A stretch of DNA of 64,000 nucleotides from Oxalobacteraceae bacterium (lineage in GTDB: Bacteria > Pseudomonadota > Gammaproteobacteria > Burkholderiales > Burkholderiaceae_D): assembly GCA_900299005.1 (NCBI GenBank), contig OMID01000062.1, forward strand, positions 38,543-102,542. Direction: 5' to 3'. The translations under genes and the position numbers were made by a program. Below are positions 1-10,983 of the stretch, one piece after another (positions within the stretch are counted from its first letter, which is position 1; each line of letters starts with the position of its first letter). The notes below the pieces were generated by a model. The model ran no database searches and had not been told where the DNA came from. It saw only the letters and a list, made by a program, of their open reading frames with translations.

Positions 1-612
1 CCGCAAGGCCTTGTCGTAGAAGGGGTTGGGCACGACACGCACATCGAACACCAGGTCTGCATCCAGCGGCACCCCGAATTTGAACGCAAAAGACTCAAAT
101 AGTAGAGATAGGGGAAGCCCATCTCTCTGCACAAGCTCCTTGATCCACGCGCGCAACTGGTTCGCAGAGAGTCCTGAGGTATCAATCAAATGGCCGAGTC
201 CTTCGATTGCAGAGAGCATCTCGCGTTCTTGCCAGATGCATTCGACCAGCGTCGGAATATCTGAAGGTTGTGCGTCCGGCGCAATGCGATGCGACAGGGG
301 ATGGCTGCGGCGGGTTTCGGAGAATCGGTTGATCAGCGATTCGGTCTTCGCGGTCAGGAAGACGACTTCGACATGATGACCTTGTTCACGCAGCCAGCTG
401 ATGTCCGCGGGCAGTTCGCTCAGCGAAGAGGCGCTACGCGCATCTACGGCCACGGCCAGCGTTTGCTGCCCTTCCGAGAGACGCGTGTCTACCAGCGCAC
501 GCAAGAGCGAGGGGGGGAGATTGTCGACACAAAAGTACCCCGCATCCTCGAGTGCGTTCAGTCCGACAGACTTGCCGGAGCCGGATATGCCGGTGAGGAG
601 AATGATGCGCAT
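1..612 (-). CDS. rapZ: RNase adapter RapZ (partial; 3' end runs off the window start)
   Basis: Not in the ORF track. Reverse strand from ATG at 612 reads MRIILLTGISGSGKSVGLNALEDAGYFCVDNLP (P-loop) and near position 1 ADLVFDVRVVPNPFY; directly downstream of hprK, the usual arrangement. Confidence 0.95.
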   Translation of the reverse strand, partial: MRIILLTGISGSGKSVGLNALEDAGYFCVDNLPPSLLRALVDTRLSEGQQTLAVAVDARSASSLSELPADISWLREQGHHVEVVFLTAKTESLINRFSETRRSHPLSHRIAPDAQPSDIPTLVECIWQEREMLSAIEGLGHLIDTSGLSANQLRAWIKELVQRDGLPLSLLFESFAFKFGVPLDADLVFDVRVVPNPFYDKALR

Positions 613-646
613 GGGCAGGATAATAACAAGCGCTGGAGCGCTGCTC

Positions 647-1585
647 TTATTCCTCGCCCATGGCTCGCTGCTGACGCTCCATGAAGTCGGTCAGTGTATC
701 GATACCGCGCAGCTGGAGGATGGTGTTGCGCACGGCAGCTTCGAGGAGCACCGCAATATTCCGACCGGCTTCAACCGGAATAATCACTTTGCGTATCGGC
801 AGGGCCAGTACTTCTTCGTGCTGCTGGTTTACCGGCAGACGCTCGTAATTTTCTTCCAGTGTCTTGCGCCGCACGAGATGCACGATCAGCTTGAGTCGCA
901 TCTTGCGCCGAACCGCTGTCTCGCCAAAAATTGCGCGGATGTCCAGCAGGCCGAGGCCCCGCACTTCGAGGAGGTTGCGTAACAATGTGGGACAGCGTCC
1001 CTCGATCATATTGGGCGCGATGCGTGAGAATTCGACCGCATCATCGGCCACCAGCCCATGATTTCGCGAGATCAGTTCAAGGCCGAGTTCGCTCTTGCCC
1101 AATCCGGATTCGCCGGTGATCAGCACCCCCACGCCGAGTACATCCATGAACACGCCGTGCATCGTTACCCGCGTCGCCAGTTTTTTCGACAAGTAGAATC
1201 GCAGATAGTCAATGACTTGCGCCGAGGGTTGCGGTGTAGAGATCAGTGGTATGCCATGCTCGTTGCATACGTCGATGATGAAAGGCGGGGGTGTGAGGGA
1301 GTGCGCAATGATGAACGCCGGCGGCTTGCCAGCGACCAGTTCGCGGGTTTGTGCGATTCGCGAGTGATCGGAAATACGGGCGAGATAGGCCATCTCCTGG
1401 GGTCCGAACACTTGAATGCGCCCGGGGTGGATCAGGTTCAGGTGACCCACCTGGTCGGCTGCAGAGACCGCATCGCCAACGATCAGTTGTTCTGCGCCGT
1501 TTTGTCCTGCGAGCCATGCCAGACGCAGCGCTTCCAGATTGTCATCGAACAGTTCCCGGATCGACAGCGGCGTGGTCAGTGGCAT
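647..1585 (-). CDS. hprK: HPr(Ser) kinase/phosphorylase
   Basis: Walker [26 protein letters not shown] motifs; probable start ATG at 1585 (track ORF extends to 1675). Confidence 0.96.
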   Translation of the reverse strand: MPLTTPLSIRELFDDNLEALRLAWLAGQNGAEQLIVGDAVSAADQVGHLNLIHPGRIQVFGPQEMAYLARISDHSRIAQTRELVAGKPPAFIIAHSLTPPPFIIDVCNEHGIPLISTPQPSAQVIDYLRFYLSKKLATRVTMHGVFMDVLGVGVLITGESGLGKSELGLELISRNHGLVADDAVEFSRIAPNMIEGRCPTLLRNLLEVRGLGLLDIRAIFGETAVRRKMRLKLIVHLVRRKTLEENYERLPVNQQHEEVLALPIRKVIIPVEAGRNIAVLLEAAVRNTILQLRGIDTLTDFMERQQRAMGEE

Positions 1586-1607
1586 GGAGGATGAGAAAGG
1601 TCGGCCC

Positions 1608-2081
1608 TCAGGCCATATTCCGTTCGGCAGGGTTCCAGTTGACCAGTTTCGCGTAGAGCGACCCGGCATCTTCATTGTCGTTCAGCTCGGCTCGGAAGCT
1701 TTTGTCAGAAAACATCTCTGCGATCTCGGACAGAATCTCCAGATGTTGCTGGGTGACGTTGTCGGGAATGAGAAGGAAGATCAGCAGTTTGACGGGTTCT
1801 CCGTCCGGGGATTCAAAAGGAATGGGCTCGGAGAGTCTAACGAAGGCGGCCAGCGGGGATTTGAGCCCCCGTATGCGGCCATGGGGAACCGCCACGCCAT
1901 GCCCCAGCCCCGTCGACCCCAGTCGCTCGCGGGCAAAGAGATTGTCAGACACGGTCGAGCGGGCAATCCCGCAGTTATTTTCGAATATCAGCCCGGCTTG
2001 TTCGAAAGCACGTTTTTTGCTTGAACATTCAAGGTCGAGGACGATGTTTTTTTGCGGGAGAATCTGGCTCAGGTGTGTCAT
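1608..2081 (-). CDS. ptsN: PTS IIA-like nitrogen regulatory protein
   Basis: [19 protein letters not shown] signature; upstream of hprK-rapZ. Confidence 0.93.
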   Translation of the reverse strand: MTHLSQILPQKNIVLDLECSSKKRAFEQAGLIFENNCGIARSTVSDNLFARERLGSTGLGHGVAVPHGRIRGLKSPLAAFVRLSEPIPFESPDGEPVKLLIFLLIPDNVTQQHLEILSEIAEMFSDKSFRAELNDNEDAGSLYAKLVNWNPAERNMA

Positions 2082-2280
2082 GGTGCTATGCGCAATGAAA
2101 GCGTCAGGCCGCGATTATAGGTGAGTTCCGGTCAGCTCCCCGGAGTGCCCGGCCTTAGTATTCGGTCGTGCGTCCGAGCGGGGCGTGAGGAGCGAGTCGG
2201 GATGGATCTATTGCCTCAAGGCGCTTAATCTAACCCTCGGCAGTCTGTATGGCAATTGATGTCGTAAAAAATCTTCCCGG

Positions 2281-2407
2281 GGACGTGCTGATTTATTAAA
2301 ACTACCTGTTGTCCCCTGGGGAAAATACCGACACGTCGTTGAATTGAAGGGCCCGCGTCGCACGGCAACGAGGCCTCGTCATGCAAGCGGGTTTGTTCAA
2401 CATGGCC
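2281..2407 (-). mobile_element. MITE-like dispersed repeat, copy A (most diverged)
   Basis: Minus strand reads ...TTGAACAAACCCGCTTGCATGACGAGGCCTCGTTGCCGTGCGACGCGGGCCC...TTTTCCCCAGGGGACAAC...TTTTAATAAATCAGCACGTCC, colinear with copies B/C/E; plus-strand left end GGACGTGCTGATTTAT. Confidence 0.55.
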
Positions 2408-2502
2408 GCCTTGCCATCGACCAAAGTAGGCAGCCGCTTGGCATGATTTCTACAGAAACTATCGTGACGCAATGGTGTTAATTGCCGACTCTCGAGCACG
2501 AC

Positions 2503-3342
2503 TTATTGCCTTGCATTTCGAGCATTGGAGGGCATTTTTGACAGCGAAAAATTACTGCGCCAAGGGTTGATGTCAATGCCTCCCCGACGAGTGTAGCGTG
2601 CCAGCACCATCAGTTTGCTGGGGACGCACTGACGCAACAGATCCATAAAAATACGCTCCACGCACTGCTCGTGAAATTCCTGGTGCTCCCGAAAGCCGAT
2701 CAGGTACCTGAGCAAGCCCTCCTGATGGATGGCCGGACCCACATAATGAATTTGCACGCTGGCCCAGTCGGGCTGGTTGGTCACTAGGCAATTCGATTTC
2801 AGCAAGTGCGACACCAGCTTTTCCTCGACGGCGGCCTCATCGCGATTAGCGCTCAATAACGCTGGGTCCGGCCGGTAGCTGTCCACCTCAATATCCAGCC
2901 GGTCCAGTAGCAAGCCCTCCAGCTCGCCCATCCCCAGCCTGCCAAACTCGTCAGGTCCGCTCAGGCGCACTTGCACGGACGCCCCGACGGCGGCCGACAC
3001 ATCGTTGCGTAGCAGGTCGCTGAATGCCTCGAGGCTGGCGACGCGGGTCTGGTTCAGGGAATTGAGGTAGAGCTTGAGCGATTTGGACTCGACGATCTTG
3101 GGCGAGTCCGCGGGTACTTGCAGCGTGGCGATGGCGATTTGCGGTTTCCCTCGCAGGTTCAGCCATGAGACCTCATAGGCATTCCAGACATCCATCCCGA
3201 AAAAGGGTAGCGAGCTGGTGATGCCGAGTTCCGCGCGCTTTTCGGCGCGCAAGATAGGGAACAGCAGGCCGGGGTCGTAAGGGTGGTTGTAGACAGTGGT
3301 TTTGCCCAGTGGCGAGTCCGACGGAGGCGAGGCGAAAGTCAT
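2503..3342 (-). CDS. queF: NADPH-dependent 7-cyano-7-deazaguanine reductase (bimodular QueF)
   Basis: ESKSLKLYL QueF motif, [32 protein letters not shown]. Confidence 0.96.
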   Translation of the reverse strand: MTFASPPSDSPLGKTTVYNHPYDPGLLFPILRAEKRAELGITSSLPFFGMDVWNAYEVSWLNLRGKPQIAIATLQVPADSPKIVESKSLKLYLNSLNQTRVASLEAFSDLLRNDVSAAVGASVQVRLSGPDEFGRLGMGELEGLLLDRLDIEVDSYRPDPALLSANRDEAAVEEKLVSHLLKSNCLVTNQPDWASVQIHYVGPAIHQEGLLRYLIGFREHQEFHEQCVERIFMDLLRQCVPSKLMVLARYTRRGGIDINPWRSNFSLSKMPSNARNARQ

Positions 3343-3419
3343 GAGAATCGTGTCGGGCTCAAGAGTGGAACAATCAGAGCAGTGGACAATGGTGGCGACG
3401 AAGCAGGCAGCGAATCAGC

Positions 3420-4943
3420 TTACAGGAATAGCCGGTAGGCCGGATTTAGACTCTCGTCCCAGCTGCGGTAGCCAATGGTTGACAGAAAATTACGAAAGGC
3501 TTTCATCTCGGTTTTAGGCACCTGGAGACCTACCAGCACTCGACCGACATCGCCCCCCTGATTGCGGTAGTGAAACAAACTGATGTTCCAGCCGGGTGCC
3601 AAGCTGTCGAGGAAGCGCATCAGCGCGCCGGGTCGTTCGGGGAACTCGAAGCGATACAACAGCTCTCCTCGCGCCAGGGGACTCTTGCCACCCACCAGAT
3701 GGCGGATGTGCAGTTTGGCCAGTTCATCATGTGTGAGATCGATGGTGGCAAAGCCCTGCTTCTGGAAAGTCTTGCAGATTTGTCCGGGCTCGTCCCGATT
3801 AGCCACTTGAAGACCGACGAACACATGGGCCAGTTGTTCATCGCTGATACGGTAGTTAAATTCCGTTACCGCCCGCGAACCAACGAGTTGGCAGAAGCGA
3901 CGGAAGCTGCCGCGCTCTTCGGGAATGGTCACTGCAAAGACAGCCTCATGCTCCTCACCAACCTCGGCGCGTTCGGCGACAAAGCGAAGGCGATCAAAAT
4001 TCATGTTTGCGCCGCACGCAATCGCGACCAGCGTTTCAGCGCGCAGAGGCTTTTTTTGTTTGATCGCGCGTTCTGCATAGGCTTTGGCACCGGCCACAGC
4101 TAACGCGCCGGCAGGCTCCAGAATGCTGCGTGTATCGGTAAACACATCTTTGATTGCCGCGCAGACGGCATCGGTATCGACAAGAATCATGTCGTCAACC
4201 ACTTGTTTGGCCAGCCGGAAGGTTTCTTCGCCTACCTGCTTGACGGCGGTACCATCGGAGAACAAGCCAACATCGTTCAGCATGACCCGACGACCCGTCT
4301 GCAGCGAACGCATCATTGCATCCGAGTCGGTAGTCTGCACGCCGATGATCTTGACTTCAGGTCGAACCGCTTTGATGTACGCGCCTACGCCGCCGATCAG
4401 GCCCCCGCCGCCCACGGCGACAAACACCGCATGAATCGGTCCGGGATGCTGACGCAGGATCTCCATGCCTATCGTGCCCTGACCCGCGATCACGTCGGGA
4501 TCGTCAAAGGGATGAACAAACGATAGCTTGTGTTTTTTTTCCAGAGCCAGCGCATGCTGGTAAGCATCGGAATATGAATCGCCGCTCAGCACCACCTCGG
4601 CGCCCCGCGCACGTACGGCATCGATCTTCACGGCGGGCGTGGTCGTCGGCATGACGATCACCGCGCGGCAGCCAAGGCGACTGGCCGACAGCGCGACGCC
4701 TTGCGCGTGGTTTCCAGCCGATGCGCAAATGACCCCACGCTTGAGCTGTGCTGCGGACAGCTGCGCCATCTTGTTATAGGCACCACGCAGCTTGAAGCTG
4801 AAAACGCTCTGCATGTCCTCGCGCTTGAAATAGATACGATTGCCCATCCGCTGTGACAGCGTGGTCGCTAGCTCGAGTGGCGTTTCTTCGGCAATGTCAT
4901 AAACCCGCGAAGTGAGGATTTTCTTCAGGTAATCGATACTCAT
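3420..4943 (-). CDS. ilvA: Biosynthetic threonine ammonia-lyase
   Basis: SFKLRGAYN PLP-lysine motif, ASAGNHAQG, C-terminal regulatory ACT-like repeats; probable start MSIDYLKKI at 4943. Confidence 0.97.
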   Translation of the reverse strand: MSIDYLKKILTSRVYDIAEETPLELATTLSQRMGNRIYFKREDMQSVFSFKLRGAYNKMAQLSAAQLKRGVICASAGNHAQGVALSASRLGCRAVIVMPTTTPAVKIDAVRARGAEVVLSGDSYSDAYQHALALEKKHKLSFVHPFDDPDVIAGQGTIGMEILRQHPGPIHAVFVAVGGGGLIGGVGAYIKAVRPEVKIIGVQTTDSDAMMRSLQTGRRVMLNDVGLFSDGTAVKQVGEETFRLAKQVVDDMILVDTDAVCAAIKDVFTDTRSILEPAGALAVAGAKAYAERAIKQKKPLRAETLVAIACGANMNFDRLRFVAERAEVGEEHEAVFAVTIPEERGSFRRFCQLVGSRAVTEFNYRISDEQLAHVFVGLQVANRDEPGQICKTFQKQGFATIDLTHDELAKLHIRHLVGGKSPLARGELLYRFEFPERPGALMRFLDSLAPGWNISLFHYRNQGGDVGRVLVGLQVPKTEMKAFRNFLSTIGYRSWDESLNPAYRLFL

Positions 4944-5059
4944 GGTGCGACCATTATAATTGAGCACCCGCTGTTCATCGGCAGGTCATCCACGGTGTTT
5001 GCCGAGCGCAAGGATGCCTGCCCGACGCTTGTTTTTTCTTCTCGTCTCTGGTCGCTTGC

Positions 5060-5548
5060 ATGCTGGATGCTGCTGTTGCTTATCTGCTGAGCCTGCTCTC
5101 GCTTCCCGAAGTCAGTCTGTCGGCGTTGTTTATCATCAGCGCACTGTCGGCCACGTTGCTGCCCATGGGTTCAGAGCCTGCCGTGTTTGCTGTCGTGAAG
5201 ATGAATGGATCCTTGTTCTGGCCAGCGGTGTTGGTGGCGACGGCCGGCAACACGCTCGGTGGCGTGATCACCTATGCGATGGGCTATGGAGCAAGGCATG
5301 CGCTCCATGACGCGCAACAACCACGATGCTTGGGTTGGCTTGTGCGTTTTGGGCCCAAAACCTTGTTGTTGTCCTGGCTGCCTCTGGTTGGCGACCCGCT
5401 GTGCGCGCTCGCTGGCTGGCTCGAACTCCCTTTCCTGCCCAGCGCCCTGTATATGGCGATGGGCAAGCTGCTGCGCTATCTGACCATCACCAGTTTGCTG
5501 GTCGCCGTGCCCAACGGCGTATGGCATCGGCTGCTACCCTGGATGTAG
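5060..5548 (+). CDS. YqaA/DedA-like (VTT domain) membrane protein
   Basis: SATLLPMGSE, GNTLGG, WLPLVGDPLC motifs; hydrophobic. Confidence 0.85.
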   Translation: MLDAAVAYLLSLLSLPEVSLSALFIISALSATLLPMGSEPAVFAVVKMNGSLFWPAVLVATAGNTLGGVITYAMGYGARHALHDAQQPRCLGWLVRFGPKTLLLSWLPLVGDPLCALAGWLELPFLPSALYMAMGKLLRYLTITSLLVAVPNGVWHRLLPWM

Positions 5549-5567
5549 GCGCATCGTGTGTCGGCGA

Positions 5568-5696
5568 GGCAGACGCTGAAAAAATCATGTTAGGGCGAGC
5601 CAGCATCACCGTGGGACGTGGGAGCCCGCCACTTCAAAAGCTTGCCGCTATTTCCCAAAGGAGAAATCTTGCGGTGTTTAATTATCCAGCGATGCC
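5568..5696 (+). mobile_element. MITE-like dispersed repeat, copy B
   Basis: 129 bp; ends GGCAGACGCTG...CAGCGATGCC; 55/65 nt identical to copy E over 5615-5679. Confidence 0.8.
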
Positions 5697-5721
5697 CAAG
5701 CTTATCCAGCGATGCCCAAGC
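5682..5721. repeat. Perfect 20-bp tandem duplication (TTATCCAGCGATGCCCAAGC x2)
   Basis: Read directly; spans the right terminus of repeat copy B. Confidence 0.95.
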
Positions 5722-5845
5722 TTAGCCCTCCAGGGCACTCTTCTCCGCCGGACATTCATCACTGTATAGCCCCAATCGACGCGCATGCTGCAGTGCGCTA
5801 CGTTAAAATGCGGCTTTATGAATCTCAGGCACCTGGTTTCCCTGA

Positions 5846-8800
5846 ATGAATGCCCCAGCGCACCTTCCTTCCCTGCTGACTGACGCACCGGAAGGCACCC
5901 AGCCTCCCCGATTGCGGGAAATTCCCTACAACTACACCTCGTTTTCCGATCGAGAGATCGTGATCCGGTTACTAGGCGGCAGCGCGTGGGAGCTATTGTG
6001 CAGCTTGCGCGCCGCGCGGCAGACCGGCCGTTCTGCGCGCATGCTCTACGAGGTCCTTGGCGACATCTGGGTGGTACGGCGCAACCCTTACCTTCAGGAT
6101 GATCTGCTGGACAATCCGGCTCGTCGCGAAGCCTTGATCGATGCGCTATATCACCGCTTGGGCGAAGTTGAACGTCGTCGTCAGAGCGCTGAAGACGATA
6201 AGCGTGCCGACCCGCTCACCCGTGAGCGCAATGCCAAGGTGGGTACCTTGCTCGAGGCCGGGCGCCAGGCTGTCGAAACATTCGCGCGCGAGTTCGTGCA
6301 GATGCAAGATTTGCGCCGCCGCGCCTTGCGTGTGCTGGGACGCCATACCGAGCGGGATAACCTCAAATTCGATGGGTTGTCGCGCGTCTCGCATGTCACT
6401 GATGCCACCGATTGGCGTGTGGAATATCCCTTCGTCGTGATCACGCCCGACACCGAAGAAGAAGTCGCCGGTCTGGTCAAGGCGTGCATCGAGCTCGGTC
6501 TGACCATTATCCCGCGTGGAGGTGGCACGGGCTACACCGGTGGCGCGATACCCCTGACCCCAATGTCTGCCGTCATCAATACTGAAAAACTCGATGCATT
6601 AAGTGAGCTTGAGTTGCGTCGCTTGCCCGGAGTTGAGCATGAGTGCGCGACCATCCATGCGGGTGCTGGCGTGGTGACCAAGCGTGTCGCCGATGCTGCC
6701 GAGAGAGCAGGTTTCGTGTTCGCCGTTGATCCCACCTCCGCAGAAGCTTCCTGCATCGGGGGCAATATCGCCATGAACGCGGGTGGCAAGAAAGCTGTGT
6801 TGTGGGGAACGGCGCTCGACAATCTTGCCAGCTGGCGGATGGTGGACCCGAATGGCGACTGGCTGGAAGTCACGCGCCTCGATCACAATTTGGGCAAGAT
6901 TCATGAGGTCGAAGTCGCGCGTTTTAAGCTCGAGTGGACGCACCCTGCCGAGCGCGGGCGGCCGAACGCACCTTTCAAAACCGAGATACTGTCCATCGAA
7001 GGCCAGCGGTTCCGCAAGGCGGGTCTCGGCAAGGATGTGACCGACAAATTCCTCGCCGGATTGCCCGGCGTGCAGAAAGAGGGCTGTGATGGTCTCATTA
7101 CGTCGGCGCGCTGGATATTGCACAAAATGCCCAGACACGCCCGCACCGTCTGCCTCGAGTTTTTCGGGCAAGCGCGCGAAGCCATTCCCTCCATCGTCGA
7201 GATCAAGGCTTATCTTGATGCTGAAACGAAGCAGGGCGGCGCGATACTCGCCGGCCTTGAACACCTCGATGAGCGCTACCTGAAAGCCGTTGGCTACGCG
7301 ACCAAATCCAAACGCGGCGTGCTGCCGAAGATGGCCCTATTCGGCGACATCGTTGGCGACGATGAGGAAGCCGTGGCGCGCGCGAGCTCCGAAGTCATCC
7401 GCATTGCCAATAGTCGCGTGGGCGAGGGCTTTGTGGCGGTCAGCTCCGAGGCGCGCAAGAAATTCTGGCTCGACCGTGCGCGCACAGCGGCTATCGCGCG
7501 CCACACCAATGCCTTCAAGATCAACGAAGACGTGGTGATACCGCTAGATCGTATGGGCGAGTACACCGATGGTATTGAGCGCATCAATATCGAACTTTCC
7601 ATGAGCAACAAGCTCGAGCTGCTCGCCGAGCTATCAGCCTACTTTGAACGCGGGCAACTCAAGCTGGGCAAAAGCGAAGACACCGAAGGCTTTGAAATTC
7701 CACCCGCTGAATTGCTCGAAAACCGCGTTGCCGAGGCGCTGTCACTCATCGAGAGCGTGCGCTCGCGCTGGACCTGGCTGCTGGCCAACGTCAATGGGCG
7801 CCTCTCTGATACCCGGCAGATGATAATCGAGTACGGTTGGGACAAGCTGCTGCCCGAGGTCGATGCACGTCTCGCCACTCAGCCGCTCGCTACCTGGTTC
7901 GATGTCTTGCAAGACCGCACCCTGCGCATCTCATGGAAGGCTGAGGTGCGCGCACCCTTGCGCCAGATCTTCGGAGGCGCCGCCTTCCGTCCCATCCTGG
8001 AGGAATGCAATGCGATCCACAAGCGCGTGCTGCGGGGGCGCGTTTTCGTCGCTCTCCACATGCATGCGGGCGATGGCAACGTGCATACCAATATCCCGGT
8101 CAACTCTGACAATTACACGATGCTGCAGACCGCGCATGCGGCAGTCGAGCGCATCATGGCGCTGGCGCGTTCGCTTGATGGCGTGATCTCCGGTGAGCAT
8201 GGTATTGGCATCACCAAGCTGGAGTTCCTCACCGATGCCGAGATCGGCGAATTCCGCGACTACAAACAGCGCATCGATCCCGACGGGCGCTTCAACAAGG
8301 GCAAGTTGCTCGATTCGCCCGACTTGCACGCCGATCTGCGCAATGCCTATACGCCGTCATTCGGCCTGATGGGTCATGAATCGCTCATCATGCAACAGAG
8401 CGATATCGGGGCCATTGCCAATAGCGTCAAGGACTGCCTGCGCTGCGGCAAGTGCAAACCGGTGTGCGCCACGCACGTGCCACGCGCGAATCTGCTGTAT
8501 TCACCCCGCAACAAGATACTTGCGACATCGCTGCTGATCGAGGCCTTCCTTTATGAAGAGCAGACCCGACGAGGTGTCTCGATACGGCACTGGGAAGAAT
8601 TCGAGGAGGTGGCTGACCATTGCACCGTCTGCCACAAATGTGCGACGCCGTGCCCGGTCGATATCGACTTCGGTGATGTATCGATGAACATGCGCAACCT
8701 GCTGCGCAAGATGGACAAGAAGTCCTTCAATCCCGGGACGGCAGCCTCCATGTTCTTCCTCAACGCGACGGATCCGGCCACCATCAATGCGACACGCCAG

Positions 8801-9847
8801 TTAATGATCGGCTGGGGGTACAAGGCGCAGCGTTTTGCCCATGACCTGCTCAAGAAATTCGCGAAAAAGCAGACCAAGGCGCCACCGTCTACGCATGGCA
8901 AACCCCCGGTGCGCGAGCAGGTGATTCATTTCGTGAATAAAAAAATGCCGGGCAACCTGCCGAAGAAGGCAGCGCGTGCGCTGCTGGATATTGACGACGA
9001 TAATTTCGTGCCCATCATCCGCGATCCCAAGTCCACCAGTGCGGACACCGAGGCGGTGTTTTATTTTCCAGGCTACGGCTCCGAGCGCTTGTTCTCGCAG
9101 GTGGGGTTGGCCACCCAGGCCATGCTATGGCATGTGGGTGTGCAGACCGTGCTACCGCCGGGCTATCTGTGCTGTGGCTACCCGCAGCGTGGCTCGGGCG
9201 ATTTCGATAAGGCCGAGAAGATCATCACCGATAATCGCGTGTTGTTCCACCGGGTAGCCAACACCCTGAACTACCTTGATATCAAAACGGTGGTTGTCTC
9301 CTGTGGCACCTGTTACGATCAGTTGCAGGGCTACGAATTCGACAAAATTTTCCCGGGCTGCCGCATTGTTGATATCCACGAGTACCTGCTTGAAAAAGGC
9401 GTCAGGCTTGAAGGGGTTAACGGCGTGCGTTACATGTATCACGATCCCTGCCACAGCCCGATGAAGCAGCAGGATCCTCTGAAGACCGTAAACAGCCTGA
9501 TCACTACCGCCGATGCACAAAAGATCGAAAAAAATGACCGTTGCTGCGGCGAGTCTGGCACTCTGGCGGTTGCGCGCCCGGATATCTCCACGCAGATACG
9601 GTTCCGCAAGGAAGCCGAGATGGTCAGGGGCGCTGACAAACTGCGTGCCGATGGTTTCAAGGGCGATCTGAAGATCCTCACCTCATGCCCCTCTTGTCTG
9701 CAGGGCTTGTCGCGCTTCGGCGATGACGCGGGCACCGAAGCTGATTACATCGTTGTCGAAATCGCTCGCCATCTGTTGGGTGAGAACTGGATGCTCGAGT
9801 ATGTCGCACGCGCCAACGATGGCGGCATCGAACGCGTGCTGGTCTGA
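5846..9847 (+). CDS. DUF3683-type FAD-binding / 4Fe-4S / CCG-domain oxidoreductase (1333 aa)
   Basis: N-terminal [29 protein letters not shown] and [15 protein letters not shown]-oxidase motifs; HAGDGNVH and [17 protein letters not shown] and [11 protein letters not shown] ferredoxin motifs; CCG motifs. Confidence 0.9.
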   Translation: MNAPAHLPSLLTDAPEGTQPPRLREIPYNYTSFSDREIVIRLLGGSAWELLCSLRAARQTGRSARMLYEVLGDIWVVRRNPYLQDDLLDNPARREALIDALYHRLGEVERRRQSAEDDKRADPLTRERNAKVGTLLEAGRQAVETFAREFVQMQDLRRRALRVLGRHTERDNLKFDGLSRVSHVTDATDWRVEYPFVVITPDTEEEVAGLVKACIELGLTIIPRGGGTGYTGGAIPLTPMSAVINTEKLDALSELELRRLPGVEHECATIHAGAGVVTKRVADAAERAGFVFAVDPTSAEASCIGGNIAMNAGGKKAVLWGTALDNLASWRMVDPNGDWLEVTRLDHNLGKIHEVEVARFKLEWTHPAERGRPNAPFKTEILSIEGQRFRKAGLGKDVTDKFLAGLPGVQKEGCDGLITSARWILHKMPRHARTVCLEFFGQAREAIPSIVEIKAYLDAETKQGGAILAGLEHLDERYLKAVGYATKSKRGVLPKMALFGDIVGDDEEAVARASSEVIRIANSRVGEGFVAVSSEARKKFWLDRARTAAIARHTNAFKINEDVVIPLDRMGEYTDGIERINIELSMSNKLELLAELSAYFERGQLKLGKSEDTEGFEIPPAELLENRVAEALSLIESVRSRWTWLLANVNGRLSDTRQMIIEYGWDKLLPEVDARLATQPLATWFDVLQDRTLRISWKAEVRAPLRQIFGGAAFRPILEECNAIHKRVLRGRVFVALHMHAGDGNVHTNIPVNSDNYTMLQTAHAAVERIMALARSLDGVISGEHGIGITKLEFLTDAEIGEFRDYKQRIDPDGRFNKGKLLDSPDLHADLRNAYTPSFGLMGHESLIMQQSDIGAIANSVKDCLRCGKCKPVCATHVPRANLLYSPRNKILATSLLIEAFLYEEQTRRGVSIRHWEEFEEVADHCTVCHKCATPCPVDIDFGDVSMNMRNLLRKMDKKSFNPGTAASMFFLNATDPATINATRQLMIGWGYKAQRFAHDLLKKFAKKQTKAPPSTHGKPPVREQVIHFVNKKMPGNLPKKAARALLDIDDDNFVPIIRDPKSTSADTEAVFYFPGYGSERLFSQVGLATQAMLWHVGVQTVLPPGYLCCGYPQRGSGDFDKAEKIITDNRVLFHRVANTLNYLDIKTVVVSCGTCYDQLQGYEFDKIFPGCRIVDIHEYLLEKGVRLEGVNGVRYMYHDPCHSPMKQQDPLKTVNSLITTADAQKIEKNDRCCGESGTLAVARPDISTQIRFRKEAEMVRGADKLRADGFKGDLKILTSCPSCLQGLSRFGDDAGTEADYIVVEIARHLLGENWMLEYVARANDGGIERVLV

Positions 9848-9849
9848 GC

Positions 9850-10290
9850 ATGACCCACCGTGTCCGAGCTTGCGAGCTTTGCGAGTCTGCTGGCGGCGAG
9901 GTGCTGCACCAGGGTGCGCGGTGTCGCGTCGTGCTGATCAACGATTCTCTGTACCCCGGATTTTGTCGAGTAATCTGGCATGATCATGTCAAGGAAGCGA
10001 CGGATCTCGGTGAGTCCGATCGCCTGCTGCTCATGGAGGTACTCTGGCAAGTCGAGCGCGTGGTGCGTGATGTGATGCAGCCTGAAAAGATCAACCTTGC
10101 CAGCTTCGGCAACATGGTGCCTCACTTGCACTGGCATGTCATACCGCGCTACGCCGATGATGCCCATTTCCCCTCGCCAGTCTGGGCCGAGGTCAGGCGA
10201 GAGGTGTCTGCGGATTCGCTCACCATGCGACATGAGCGCTTGCCCGCGCTGCGCAAGACCATGCATCAACGATTGTCCCTGTATCTGTAG
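9850..10290 (+). CDS. HIT family protein
   Basis: GNMVPHLHWHVIPR histidine triad; CxxC at the N-terminus. Confidence 0.9.
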   Translation: MTHRVRACELCESAGGEVLHQGARCRVVLINDSLYPGFCRVIWHDHVKEATDLGESDRLLLMEVLWQVERVVRDVMQPEKINLASFGNMVPHLHWHVIPRYADDAHFPSPVWAEVRREVSADSLTMRHERLPALRKTMHQRLSLYL

Positions 10291-10417
10291 ATCGGACCAG
10301 TTTATGCAAGCATCTGCGCTCGCCGCCGGCGCGCGGCATAATCATTCATTCTGCACAATGCCAACGCCTTGAGACGGGTTGCGGCATCCCTGTGCGGCCT
10401 CGTCACAGGAACCGATC

Positions 10418-10822
10418 ATGTCCGAGACACCTATCCCCAGTGCCCTAACTCTCCACAAGCGCTCGCGCATCCTCGAATTGAGTTACGGAGAACAGAGCTA
10501 TCAATTATCTTTCGAGTTCCTGCGCGTGTATTCACCCTCCGCCGAGGTGCGAGGCCACGGTCCGGGGCAGGCGGTGCTCCAGACGGGCAAGCGTGAGGTC
10601 GACATTACGGGAATTGAGCCGGTTGGTCACTATGCCATACGGCCGCTCTTCTCCGATGGACATGACAGCGGCATTTACTCATGGGATCTGCTGCATTCCT
10701 TTTGCCTGAATCAGTCGGCAATGTGGGAAGACTATTTATGCCAGCTCGAAGCAGCGGGCCACACCCGCGAGAGTGGGCGCGATGCGCCCGCGGGCAAGTC
10801 AGGGCGTGGTTGCGCATCTTGA
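10418..10822 (+). CDS. DUF971 / gamma-butyrobetaine hydroxylase-like N-terminal domain protein
   Basis: EFLRVYSPSAEVRGHG, GHYAI, FSDGHDSGIYSW; start MSETP at 10418. Confidence 0.88.
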   Translation: MSETPIPSALTLHKRSRILELSYGEQSYQLSFEFLRVYSPSAEVRGHGPGQAVLQTGKREVDITGIEPVGHYAIRPLFSDGHDSGIYSWDLLHSFCLNQSAMWEDYLCQLEAAGHTRESGRDAPAGKSGRGCAS

Positions 10823-10951
10823 GATGCGCTGCTTGAGGAGGCGGAGTGGGTTGACAACCTGTCCCAGTTGGGCATCGTGAGTGGCGACCTCATTACTTGT
10901 TCGCTTCGGATGGCAGCAGGGTCATGCGATCCGGCGCAATGAGCAGGCTTG

Positions 10952-10957
10952 TATAAT
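10952..10957 (+). promoter_or_regulatory. Consensus sigma70 -10 hexamer upstream of ubiE
   Basis: TATAAT 26 nt before the ubiE ATG in a GC-rich background; no clear -35. Confidence 0.45.
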
Positions 10958-10983
10958 GCGCTGCCAGCCCACCGAGTCCCGCA

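Noticed and set aside
2302-2499. 65-aa ORF overlapping repeat copy A (could the repeat be a coding remnant?)
   Set aside because: The equivalent frames in the other copies contain stops or are shifted, so the family does not behave as a conserved coding sequence.
10823-10940. Possible seventh copy of the dispersed repeat (GATGCGCTGCTT..., AACCTGTCCCAGTTGGG)
   Set aside because: Only short patches match and the spacing does not fit the other copies.
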